Positions 1 to 11,600 of a DNA stretch of 64,000 bases are shown piece after piece (the stretch's first letter is position 1; each line of letters starts with the position of its first letter). The translations under genes and the position numbers were made by a program. The notes under the pieces are model-generated. The model ran no database searches. It had not been told where the DNA came from and worked only from the letters and a program-made list of their open reading frames with translations. Source of the stretch: Anthoceros angustus (Eukaryota > Plantae > Anthocerotophyta); contig MU008167.1 of assembly GCA_010909165.1 (NCBI GenBank), positions 1,116,001 through 1,180,000 of the forward strand, written 5' to 3'.

Positions 1-515
1 AAAGAAGCGCGTAGGCCAGAAACAGTGAAGAGACTGCCAGCAATTCCTTGTGAGTCAGAGGACTGCTACTCTTCTTCTGCTGCCGGCCACTGACTCTGGC
101 CTTCAAATCGGCCTCCAAATTTCTCTCTTCCTCCATCTCATCTCTGCCCGATGTGGTTGCAGCTGCCGGAAATCTGCTCCTTTCAGTCATCTTGTTTCAG
201 CCAGTCCCACGTTAACACACCACACTTGTTATGGAGAGGACAACCTCCCTGCTCAACCCCAACCCCGAATCTTGCTCAGCAGGCATGGCGATCGGCCTGC
301 TGCCGCTCCACGGAATAAGACCTCTTGCTCCTCCTGCCCTCAAGGACAAGGTCACCGTGGGGACAGTGTTGTCCATGCTCTTGCATGCCCGCAGATCTAA
401 GATGGGAATCATACTCCTCCTCACAATCATATTCCCTTTAACTTCTTCATCTCCTTGTAGTAAATTTCGTTTCAAGTTTCACACGTAGCAGGGACATTGC
501 TAATTTTGGCCGAAT

Positions 516-915
516 GTAACAGCTCCAAACCTCCAAAGAAGTAAGGGCACTTGTGAAATAAAGATAGACCGGTGAAAAGTTGAAAGAGATAAAAGATTAA
601 TTAAGTAGCTACTATATTAAGAAGAAGAGAGGAATTGTTGCAACCACTCTGCCTAGAGAGGACTCTTAGTGATCAATCTCCAAGAATCTCCTGAGTTAGT
701 AGCTGCCAAGTTGAGGTGAGTCTGAGATATATATAAGAGCTAGAGCAAGAGTGTTCGGTTCATTGCGTACAGCAAGTTTTGTGTTGAGAGAGCTGTGGAA
801 AGCCTAGCTAGTGAGCTTGTCCTTGAGTCAAGTGTAGTAGCCAGTTGGGCGTACAAAACTAGATTTAAGTGATTTAAGTGTTTATTCAGTGAATAAAGAG
901 CAGCATCTCCAGGAG
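516..915 (+). mobile_element. LTR-like repeat (same family as 17050-17660)
   Basis: Starts TGTAAC; TATA-like tatataag at ~730 and aataaa at ~892; collinear similarity to 17114-17480 (e.g. tgtgttgagagagctgtgga...agctagtgagcttgtccttgagtc). Confidence 0.6.
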
Positions 916-1167
916 GTTGTCACGCAAGTGCATCTCGAGGAGGTTGTCACGCAAGTGCAGTAGCTAGTATAACCAAACTTGTCACGCAAGTGCAGTAGCT
1001 AGCATAACCAAACTTGTCACAAGTGCAGTAGCTAGTCTAACCAAACTTGTCACGCAAGTGCAGTAGCTAGTATAACTAAACTTGTCACGCAAGTACAGTA
1101 GCTAGTATAACCAAACTTGTCACCCAAGTGCAGTAGCTAGTATAACCAAACTTGTCACCCAAGTGCC
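915..1167. repeat. ~35-bp tandem minisatellite (aacttgtcacgcaagtgcagtagctagtataacca)
   Basis: About 6-7 head-to-tail copies read directly. Confidence 0.9.
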
Positions 1168-1924
1168 TAACCATGCTAAGTAGCCACTAAGTAGCCACAT
1201 AGGCTCTACGTAGAAGGCAAAAAGTGACCAGGCCACTAAACCTACAGGCTTGGTCAGGGGCAGGCAACAAAGCAAGAGCTTAAGGCCTGCTAATAGCCAC
1301 CTTGTCAAAATTGGTGAAGGCCCAAAATCAAATTTGGCACCCACTAGTCACCATCCCATCGTTGCTGAAAACGCGCCAGGTATGAAGAAGAGCCCTCCTG
1401 ACCAGCATCCTCACACTCATCTCCTAGATAGGGCTCACTCTTCACTTCGAAAGACTCACCAAAACAAATGCTGCTATCACAATGATCTGAGGGCTTAACC
1501 CTGTCAAAAGCAATGGTATCCGGATAGGATTGCACTAGCTGGCGGATGCACACAGCCATGAGAAGTTGAGCCAAAGTGCACAAGTTGCAAAAAGTCTCCA
1601 TCAATTCCTGCGTCCACACCACAGAGGCAAACCGAACCATATGACTACCTTGTAAAACTGGCGAGGCCAGCCCACAACTTGTTTGCTTGCATGGACGTGA
1701 TAGAGCATTGCTAGTCAATCCTTCGAATAGGGCAAAGCGCGGGTGTAGACAAGGAGAGAACTGTGGACTCCCCCTTAGGAAGGTAATAGCCGGATTTTTT
1801 TTTTTTGGTTTTTCTTTAGTGTGTGTGTGAAAATAAGGCGGAAAAGGGGAAATAAGGTTGAAGAGGGGGAATTGCGATGGACAAGGGGACGGGATGCGAC
1901 CGGGTCGGACACACGGGATGCTCC

Positions 1925-2370
1925 AGAGGAGGCCACTCCGGACTAGACTCGGGCAGCCACTCGGACTAGACTCGAGGCAGCCACTCCGGACTAGGCCACT
2001 CGGACTAAACTCGGGCAGCCACTCCGAGCAGCCACTCGGACTAAACTCGGGCGAGCCACTCGGAGCAGCCACTCGGACTAAACTCGAGGCGAGCCACTCG
2101 GGCGAGCCACTCGGACTAAACTCCGAGGCAGCCACTCGGGCAGCCACTCCGGACTAAACTCCGAGGCAGCCACTCGGGCGAGCCACTCGGACTAAACTCG
2201 GGAGCCACTCGAGCAGGCCACTCGGGCAGCCACTCGAGCAGCCACTCCGAGCAGCCACTCGAGCGAGCCACTGGACTAAACTCTGGAGCAGGCCACTTCG
2301 GACTAAACTCTGGAGCAGGCCACTCCGGACTAAACTCTGGAGCAGGCCACTCCGGACTAAACTCCGGAGT
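1925..2370. repeat. Degenerate tandem array (gcagccactcggactaaactc-type units), probably retroelement-internal
   Basis: Repeated gccactc(c)gg and actaaactc motifs throughout. Confidence 0.85.
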
Positions 2371-2630
2371 AGGTCACGGTAAGTTCGATAGAAAAGGTAA
2401 CTGCGGAAAAGGGGTGGAGCATAATAGGCAAGTGGGCCACGTGTACCGTGCCGAGAGGAGGACGCAGGGGACCAGGACTGCAGAGTTGTCAGCGGCCGAT
2501 ATAGGCAGGTAACCACGACCCAAGGACATGCGCCAAGAAGGCAGCGGCATAAAGTTAGAGTACACGATGCAGGACTCTGGCAGTTGCTGGCAGCGAAAGG
2601 ACGTCTTCCCGCGCATCAGTTACGCCCGAC

Positions 2631-3553
2631 CCCTACTAGAAATGGTAGCCCATGTTATACTTTATGTTAAGTTTTGGACCCCTCGATGTAACACTTATGT
2701 TGCAATTTTAGGGTCTTGTAACACTTTTTGGGCCTCTTGTTACACTTTGGCTTGGAAATCAAACCAGAGCGTTTGTTGTGACCATGTTGCAATGGTGTTG
2801 CAATTATGTTGAGATGAAGTGAGAGGTGCTTTTGTCCTCTCTCAAGATTGCAACATATAAAGTGTTATGCCACATAGCTATGCAAAGGAGGCAAAATAGA
2901 AAGAGAATAACAACCACAGGGAGAGAGATAGAGTTACTGGTTACTGTCATGTAGGAAAAGCAAGAGGGGAAGAATAAAATAGTAGTGTCAAAGGGGAGCT
3001 CATTGTCACAGTCATGTTGCAACACAAAGAAGAAAAATTATAAAATGGGTGTCACACTGGAGCATTAACTAGGAGTGTGAGGTAAAAAGAGAGACCAAAG
3101 GCAAGTTGTTAAGATGGTGAGAGAAGGTGGAGAAGAGAATCACAAACTTAACTCCAAGCTAACAAACTTAATGCTAAGCTCTTAATGGTGAGGTGTAAGG
3201 TCAACAGACCATTTGCATGTTGTTAAGATGGTGAGAGAAGGTGGAGAAGAGTATCACAAACTTAACACCAAGCCAACTAACTTAATGAGTGTTCCAAATG
3301 GAAAGTGTTCCATGAAATTGTATCAAAGGATTGTAACATAAGCAGGTTTGCACAGTATATGTTTGAAATCATAAACAATGCTTGTGAGAGAGAGGGTGTA
3401 CTTAGGAAGGTGAGGTGATGAGGGAGAGAGTCAGGTTCGTGTTAAGATGGTGCCAAAATGAGAAGGGAATAGTGTTAAACTTAATACCAAGCCTACATAG
3501 CTTGTTGCAATTTGGAGCAACGACTGTAACACGAGTTGTCATTTCTAATAGGG
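2631..3553. mobile_element. Non-autonomous CACTA/CMC-like DNA transposon with CCC...GGG termini
   Basis: TIRs ccctactagaaatg / catttctaataggg; 3-bp TSD GAC at 2628-2630 and 3554-3556; removal rejoins a reading frame (RISYAR-RFDAERR); internal direct repeat at ~3107 and ~3220. Confidence 0.8.
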
Positions 3554-5770
3554 GACGCTTCGACGCTGAGAGAAGACCATCCTCTCGGCCGACTTCTTGA
3601 CAGTTTTCACAGTCGCTCGCGCTTAGACATCCCGCCCTTTGGTGCCTTCTCTTCCGACGCCCAAGCCTAGCGCCGAGCGGTCTTCGCCTTCGAACAACAC
3701 GCTCATCACTTCGGAACTCGGCAGGAGCATTCTTGCCCACCATACCTCAGCGGTTGATCAAGTGGAGCGCAAGTATATGACCCAAGAAGGCGGTAGAATT
3801 CTGGGAACCCTGGCGCATGGTGAAGAAGAACATCGTGACAAGGCGCTACCCAGATTTTGGCCCCTGGCTGGCCGAGGCGGAGGAGCTGGTGCAGGAGTGG
3901 CACCTCAACATTTTTCAGGCAGTATGGACCTTCGACAGCGTTCCGCTAGTCCGGGAATACGCCCGGAAGATGTTGGCTGCAGCTACCGAGGCTGTCCGCT
4001 CTAAGAGCTTGCAGGAGGACCCGAGGAGACGGACCGTGGAGGTCCTTAGGGCAATCTACGATCGCCCAGCAAAGGAGGTAGGGGGCGTAGTACCGGAGCC
4101 CCTGAAGGTGAAAGGGAAGGTGGAAGCTACCAAGGTGGCGCTCCTGAGGCCGGGGACGCAGCGGTCCTCCAATGGATGGCTTATGTCGGACCTGCTAGAC
4201 CGACGGGTGACGGCAGTGGCGAAAATTATCGTCCACTGGAACATGCTTACCAAGGTGTCTAGACCACCTTGGTGACAATCTGTTGGTCCTCATGCATGCC
4301 CTTCAGAGAGGCAAGAGGGCGGATTGGGGGCGAATCATCTTCGCCCATATTGCTCAGGAGTCGAGGAAGCTGCGGAACGAGAGGTCACCCCCGTCGGCGT
4401 TGTCTCCGTTCATCGTCCATGTATGGGGACACCTCAACCTTCTGAAGGAAGAGGAGGAGGAACGAGTGCTCCGGAGGGGGCTGGCGACCCTACCGAAGGC
4501 AGAACGGGAGGAAGGAGCGCAGGAACCGGATGGCCGCCCACCCAAGGCAAGATGCACCCAGGAGGAAGAAGATTGGGAGGTAATTCCGGACTCCATACGT
4601 CTGGAAAGGACCCCCTCTCCTCCAAGGGAAGTATGGGAGGATATTCCCGCTTCCCTCCTCTTGGTTCCCCCACCAGAGCAGCCATCCCGGGGAGCTACTA
4701 CGACGGAATGGAGTTGGTGACCGTAGCCCCAGTGGCCCCACAACCTGCTCCGGACCAGGCTGCTGAGCCCCGATGAACCAGGAGGGAGGCGAAGAAGAGG
4801 AAGCAAGTGCCCAACCCCACCGCCCCAAGGACAGCTCCGGTGCCCTTACCCTTGCCGACGGAGTGGCAGGAGGCGGAAGAGGCAGTAAGAAGGGTGGAAC
4901 GGGATGCCACCCAAGGCGCCGGGGGTCATTGGCAGCAACCCCTGCCAGGAGTTGGAAGGCCAGAAAGGGACTCTAGAGCTGCGACTCCGGATAGTAGAAG
5001 AGGGGAATGGCCTCCTCCAAGGGTGAATCGAAGATCATGAGCGGGAGATAGAGCGACTCCAGCCCTGCTGGAGGGCGGAAGAGGGTCGCCGGTGCAGCAA
5101 GGAGCAAGACATTGTCGAGCTTGAAAGAGAGCTGAATGATACTAGGCGTCGGGCGGAACTACCCAGGCGGTTGGAGCAGGACATGGCGGCCCTGAATAAG
5201 AAAATGACAGAGTAGGAGAGGGCTCTAAAGGAAGAGCAGAAGCTGCTGATCTGAACTGGTCCATGGCCGGAAAGTTGGCAGAGCTGCAAAAGCAGCAAGA
5301 GGAGGAGCACGCCAAGGAGAAGCAACGACTCCACGAAGTGGCGGAAGCCGCCTTAACGGCTTCATGAGACGCGGCCCGGACCAGATTGGACGACCTCGCA
5401 ATGGGAATGGCGCAGCAAGCAACCAGACGCCTCACTACTGTGAGAATCTCGCGGAGTATCAGTGCCCACGCCCATGTGGAGGAGGCCATCCAACAGTCGA
5501 CTCGATTGCCAGATATCACGCGGAGCTCCCGGGCGAGGGAGCGACACCACGCGGCCGAGATTGAAGGACCGCTCGAGGAGTCGGAGGGGGCTTGGAGAGA
5601 CAAAGGCCTAGGGGAGAGCGCAGCCACATGGAATCTGGGAGCCCTGTTCAGGGATTAGAGCAGCAGCAAGGAGGCCCCAGAGGAGGAACGTCGACCGGAG
5701 GAGGGTGGAGCGGCGGAGATCACAAGACCCGAGGTAGGTCCATTGCACCCAACGCTAGGAGAGGAAGAGA
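3554..5770 (+). mobile_element. Degenerate retroelement-type accessory ORF (broken frames, Pro-rich and Glu/Arg-rich coiled-coil segments)
   Basis: Consecutive ORF fragments 3817-4275, 4283-4720 (ADWGRIIF..., SALSPFIVHVW) and coiled-coil-like pieces interrupted by stops and frameshifts; downstream of LTR-like and tandem repeats. Family assignment is inference. Confidence 0.45.
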
Positions 5771-5833
5771 GTGATATTTTAAAATAAATAATAGATTGAA
5801 TTGCTAACTGTTTCTGACTTTGGCAGCATGCAG

Positions 5834-6825
5834 ATGTAATTTCGGATTTGAGACGTAATGATGAAGAGTATTCTAAAGCCACTGGAGCTGCTTCAACAAT
5901 GAATGCCTTTCAACCACTAGTCGTTAGATCTTACGATCATCGTGATTTCTCATTGGGGCAAATATGGATTGGAAATACCGATGGATCAGACCACTCAAAC
6001 AATAAAAGTTGGATGGCACGTAAGTGGTATAGGTCGATTAATTTTTTGTCCAAATTGGAATAATCAGTGCGTTTTAGAGTGTCATTTGTGTTTTTTGATA
6101 GGTCTATCCAAATCTATACTTAGGTACGGGAAATGAAGATAAAACACATTTTTTTACATTTTGGATGGTAATTGTTTCCTTCCATACTCTTTCAATCAAA
6201 CTCCAACTTTAAGGTAATCGTAAGTGTTTTGTTCTCATATTTTGAAATGTGTTGTCAATGACAGTCAAGCGACTATGCCGATGGATGTTATAATTTTCAA
6301 TGTCTAGGGTTTGTTCGAATGAATGAGAGCCCAATGATACCAGGTTATCCTTTTGAAGCAGAAGACACTGACGGTTCTAGGGATTTTAGAGTTTCTGTAG
6401 AACAGGATAGAGATGGAGATTGGATGTTGTATGTAAATAACCAAGGAGTTGGACATTGGCCAAAGACTCTATTTGGAGATGGTGGGTTATCTAAATTTGC
6501 TAATATCTTGCAGTTTGGAGGAGAAGTTATTCGTGATAGAGACGGTGTGGAGGCTAGCTCAATGGTTATGGGAAATGGGGAATTTGCCTCAGCAATCCGA
6601 AATTTTGTCGATAGAGCATATCATGGAGAATTAACAATGGTGGATATAGACAATTCACGTTTGGACGTTCTTCTAAATACTTATCTCATTACTGGGCCAG
6701 AGGTTCACCAACAACAGGATCCTATTATGTATGATATTCAGTACCATAATAGAGGTGAGGAGAGTTCGGATGAAACATGGATGAATTACGGAGGCCCAAG
6801 TGATGAGGGGCTAATTTCCCCTTAA
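5834..6825 (+). pseudogene. Neprosin (DUF239) glutamic peptidase, disrupted
   Basis: Spliced motifs FSLGQIWI, TIKVGWH|VYPNLY...THFFTFWM|...DGCYNFQCLGFV...VGHWPKTLF...LQFGGEV; introns ~6020-6101 and ~6168-6263; frameshift near 5990; first catalytic Glu motif reads IKVGW; no N-terminal part visible. Confidence 0.8.
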
Positions 6826-7088
6826 TATGAGTATGACGAGTTCTAGCATTATAAATGGAAGTTTACAGTTTCATTGATATAGCTTTGAGAATATTAGCAA
6901 TCAAATAGGAAAGAAAATATAAGATTTTAGCCTTTGTAAAGGGTTATACATAATTTCACATAAAAAATACTTCAAAAATCTATGTCATTTATTAAATCAT
7001 TAAAAAAATTTAGTTATTTTGAAGTGTAGTATTTATTTATTTTACTTTGGTTTTGGTAGTGTTAAGTCAAAGATTCTTTATGCGTTTC

Positions 7089-8485
7089 TCACATAGTGCT
7101 GGAACCTTGGAATTGTAGCTGGGTACCCAGGTAGAGAAAGAGATCCGTGTCCTCGATCAATTGCCTTAACCTTAGATATGCTGATCGCAAAGGTTCATTT
7201 GGCCTGAGCATAAACTTGGACGACTCTTGGATCTTCTCAAGGGATGAAGTCAGAAACATCTCTTTGAATTTGTTAAACATGACATCCATCGTGTATTCCA
7301 ACGCATCCATCTTCGAAGGTTGGACAATCTCCCCCTTCTCAACAACCTCTTTTCTCTCCTTCTAACGCTCTCTACTAGAGTTAGCACCCTGTCCTTGATC
7401 TTAGTACATAAGTCTTGTTCATCGAAACCTCTCTTCAAAGTCTGCTGAGGACATAGTTCCGTGTCTCCCAGTGAACAAATCGTTCTTGCTCGGCATAGTC
7501 TCTTGCTCCATTTTGCCTGTGTCAATGCTCTCCTCCGGCTGCAGAATCCTGATGGGACTGGAACTCCAGCTGAACTCATCACTTTTTCTAACAGAAGGCC
7601 AATGTTGTTCTTCCCCTCTAAATGCTTGCAAAAGAGTATGCTCGTTCGTCCAGCCATGTCAAACAGACCACTCCTCAATCAACCCTTCTCATGTACCTCA
7701 CAACAACTGGAATGTTACCAAATGACTCTCCCATCTCTGCCCAACCAGCTAACCAAGCCAATGCGTCTACGACTTCTATCCACAGTCTTTCTCAGACTAC
7801 TGCTGGTTTTAATTGTAGCAAGCTAGCTAGCTCGACAATTGTCAATCTACCACACCTAAGCTTCGAATAATCAATGGCAGAATTCCTGTCCATAAGGAAA
7901 CACGTGCTTATCTTTTCGGCGCTGTCATCAATTGGACGGAATCACACTTCGGCTGCTTTGTAGCAGATTTCTAGACCGGAACTTGGATGATTTCTGCTGC
8001 TCCCTCCAACCTCCGGTTGCCACAGCCTTTCTTCGATACACCAAACCTGTCTCAAACAACAAATTCGATTGTTGATGTGGAAAACGTGACACAAGTCTAC
8101 GACCTGCCCCGGGAATGCGATCCAACAGAGGTATTTTTGAAAATAAATCAAAACTAACCAGGGGGAGAAATCTTCAGCAAGGGTTCTGATTCTGTAAAAG
8201 AAGCCCAGCCGGCAGGTAGGCGGCTCGAAAATCAACCGAGTTATATGGACGGTCTTCTCTTTGTGAAAGAAAGCCCGGCCGCCGAAAAACAAGTATTCCG
8301 AGGCGCACTGCGTAGGCATGCTATTACATCCCTTTTAGGTAACAGTATTTTAAATACATAGAATAATAATGAATAGGCAGACAAAATTAAGCAGGTGAAC
8401 AATCGTTTGATGAAAGAAGCTGGGCCGGGCGCGGATGGTGGATTACAACAAACACAGTATGTAGGTAGTGGGCCATCTTCAAACA
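7089..8485 (-). mobile_element. Degenerate LTR-retrotransposon remnant (LTR-like segment, PBS-like motif, gag-like fragments)
   Basis: Minus strand starts TGTTTG at 8485; tgatgacagcgccg PBS-like motif at ~7917-7930; gag-like peptide FNKFKEMF...EPLRSAYLRLRQLI. Confidence 0.45.
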
Positions 8486-8628
8486 CTAAACGCTAGGGTT
8501 GATGTTATTGCTTTGTTTGCCGGCACTTGGCCGCGGGTGCGATGACGATGCGGGGCTGGGGGGGCAGGAGGGACGGGGCCCGCAGGAGCTGAGAGCGGCG
8601 CGGTGGATCGGGGACAGCGCCAGCCGCC

Positions 8629-11600
8629 ATGGCGTCGGTGCGGGAGCAGGCGGTGGCGCTGCTCAACGACGCCAAGCTGCAGGCGGACTCGTCTTCCAAG
8701 GTGGATCACCTGAAGCAGTTGATGGAGCTGGTGCTGTACCGGGATCCCGACCTGCTGGGGGAGTTTGTGCCGCACCTGTTGGAATTCCAGTCTGAGCCCG
8801 GCTGGTTCTTGCGCAAGTATCTGGCGGAGATGGTGGAGCTGGTAGGCATGAAGTTCTTGAAGCACGTCCCGGTGATGGTGCCGACTCTCCTGGTGCTGCT
8901 GAGGGACTCAGCGGCCGCGGTTGTGCAGCGGGCCATCATCACCGCCACGCACCTCTTCGGCTACACCTTCGAGCAGCTGGTTTTGCAGGGGATCTACTCC
9001 CGGCAGGTGGAGAAGTGGCTTGTGGAGGCCTGGGCCGGCATGGTCAAGGTGAAGGAGGCTGTCTTCCCGACCGCGTCCCTTGACGGCAACGACGTGATCC
9101 GCCTGCATGCCATCAAGTTCGTGGAGAGCGCCATTCTGCTCTTCACGCCGGATCCTAACAGCTCGGCCAGGCCCTCGCTGCAGGCGGAAGGCGCGTCCAA
9201 GGAGTGTAATGTGGCGTGGATCTCGGGAGGCCATCCCATCCTCGGCGCCAGTGAATTAGGTCAAGAAGCCAGCCGGAGCCTGGGGCTGCTTCTGGGCCAA
9301 TTGAGGGCTCCAGAGGTGTCGTCTCTCCCGGGCCCTGTCGCCATTGTCTTGTTGAACAGCTTAGGTAATATTGCAAAGAAAAGGCCCACCCTGTTCGGAA
9401 GAATTCTGCCTGTCTTGATTGCTCTAGGTCCCAATTGCGACGCCATCAAGGGATCTCAGGTCACCAGCGTCATCCACACTCTTAGAACCAATTTGCTAGG
9501 GTTGCTGAAGTGCACGCATCCCGGAGCTGCTCCCTGGCGAGAGCGCCTGGTCGGGGCTCTGCGGGCGATGAACGCCGGGGAGTCTGCGGAAGCCGCGCTT
9601 CGGCAGGTCGGGCGGGTGCTGCGGGGGGCTGACAGGGAGCCGGGCGGGGTTGTGGAACGCCGCCCTGCTGCTGTTGCTGCCAAGGATGAGCGGTTGCAGG
9701 TTTCCGCGTCTCTCTTCATCAACTCCACAGACGCTGGCCGGAAGAGAGCCATGGTGCACGAGAATGGGAATCAGGCAGGAGATGTGGAGGATTTGGTGAA
9801 GAGGTTGAGGCCGAATCCTTCGGCTGCTGCCGCTGCTGCCATGAGTTCCTATGCCTCGCATCTGCAATCGGAGGGGCAACGTAGGGTTCTGGGACTGAAC
9901 GGGAAGGGAGCGGGAGCCGGAGCGGTCTCCCTGCAGCAGCAGATCAATACCATGATTGGAGATGTGGTGTCACAGGGGGGGCAGTATGAGACGACTGTCG
10001 ATGTTCTGATTGCCAGCATCCCGCTGGAAGTGCTTGTGGACGTTGTTGTCGCTAATATGATGTATTTGCCCACGCGCCCGCCTGCGCAATCTTTAAGTCC
10101 CGGTGCCGATTCCGCATATTCTGTGGATGGACCAGCCGCGACGGCTGGCCTGCGACTCCAGCACTCTTCGTCGCATTTTGTCGTCGACGGTCGGCCGCAG
10201 CATCTGGAATCCCGTCTGCAGCCTGATCTTCGGCGGGATCCAAGACGTGGGCTGGTTCCGGGGACTGGTCCATCTCTAGAGAAAGACGCGGGAGTAGGAG
10301 GAGCAGTGGGCGTAGGTGCAGTAGTGGCAGGGCCAGTAGTGAAAATTGAGAGAGCGGATCTGGTGAAGATAGAGGAGCCGACATACCCTGGCAGCAGAGA
10401 TCCCAGGGGAGCGGGTCGGGGTCAGGCATCTCAACTGCCTACGGCTAAATTCAGGCCCATGCCCATCAAAGTCGAGCCAGTTGACAGTGCTCCTCAAGCC
10501 CAAGGAAATGAGGATGGAGGATTTCCGGCAATGGGTTTATACGCAGAGCTTTCAAAGCCTCCTTTAGTCATATCTGCTCACTCCGCTCCCCCTTCTAATA
10601 TCCTCAGGCTTGAGGATCTGACTACTGCGCTCAGTGCTGCAAAAGAGGGACAGCGTAGTGTAGCAACTTCCGTACCAGGGCCTATTCCTGTTCTCCCTCT
10701 CCACGTTGAGCAGCAGTCTGGCCTTTGCAAGAGGGCTGTCATGCGAATTTTGGAGTGTCACAAGGCAGTTGAAGCTGCTGGGAGAGGTGACTTACGCATG
10801 GCAACGCTTGCTCGCTTGGTGTCCCAGTCTCGAGAGGATGGTGTGCTGGATGTGTTCCGGAAATATTTGTTGGCAGATTATCATGTCCACAAGGGTCATG
10901 AACTTGCTTTACATGTGCTCTATCAGCTCTATGTGGGGCAAGCATTTGATTCAGACAGCCCTCCAAACCTTTTGGAGATACATCCTGCGTATGAGAGTTT
11001 TCTTCTCTTACTGGCTGAAGGTCTTAAAGACACACTGCCTCCTTCTGACAAGTCTTTGAGCAGATTATTTGCAGAGTCTCCAGTGCTACCTGGATCAGCT
11101 CTCAGGTTGCTTGAAGGTCTTTGTACTCCCTCCTCTCAGGTAAAGGATGAGAAGGAAGTTTTGAGTGCCGAACGCATTACCCAGGGGCTAAGTATTATTT
11201 GGAGTCTCATTCTGCAGAGGCCTCCAGTCAGGGAGACCTGTTTAAGAATTGCACTGCAGTGTGCAGTACACGAGCATGAGGCTGTAAGAACTAAGGCTAT
11301 CCGACTCGTCGCGAATAAGTTGTATCCGCTTAGCTATGTTGCACCCAAGATAGAGTCCTTTGCAGCAGACATGTTGCTTTCTGTTGTTGATCCGCGAGAA
11401 GTGCCTGGTAAGGTACAGGACAGCATGGACGTAGACGCATCGACAATAGTACAGGATATGGAAACCAAGAAGATGAGTGACCAGGTGAATGGCGTGGAAG
11501 GGAAACAAGGTGAAGTTTTGGGGTCGGTTGTTGCCGATGAGATGACTGGTGGGGATGATGGTCAGAGGAGCAAAATCAACGTGACAATGGCAGAGGCACA

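Noticed and set aside
915-1167. CRISPR-like array of 35-bp repeats
   Set aside because: Units are head-to-tail with no unique spacers, there are no cas genes, and the context is eukaryotic LTR-like DNA.
1344-2516. Long Ser/Pro/Gly-rich ORFs
   Set aside because: They arise from stop-free tandem repeats and contain no domain.
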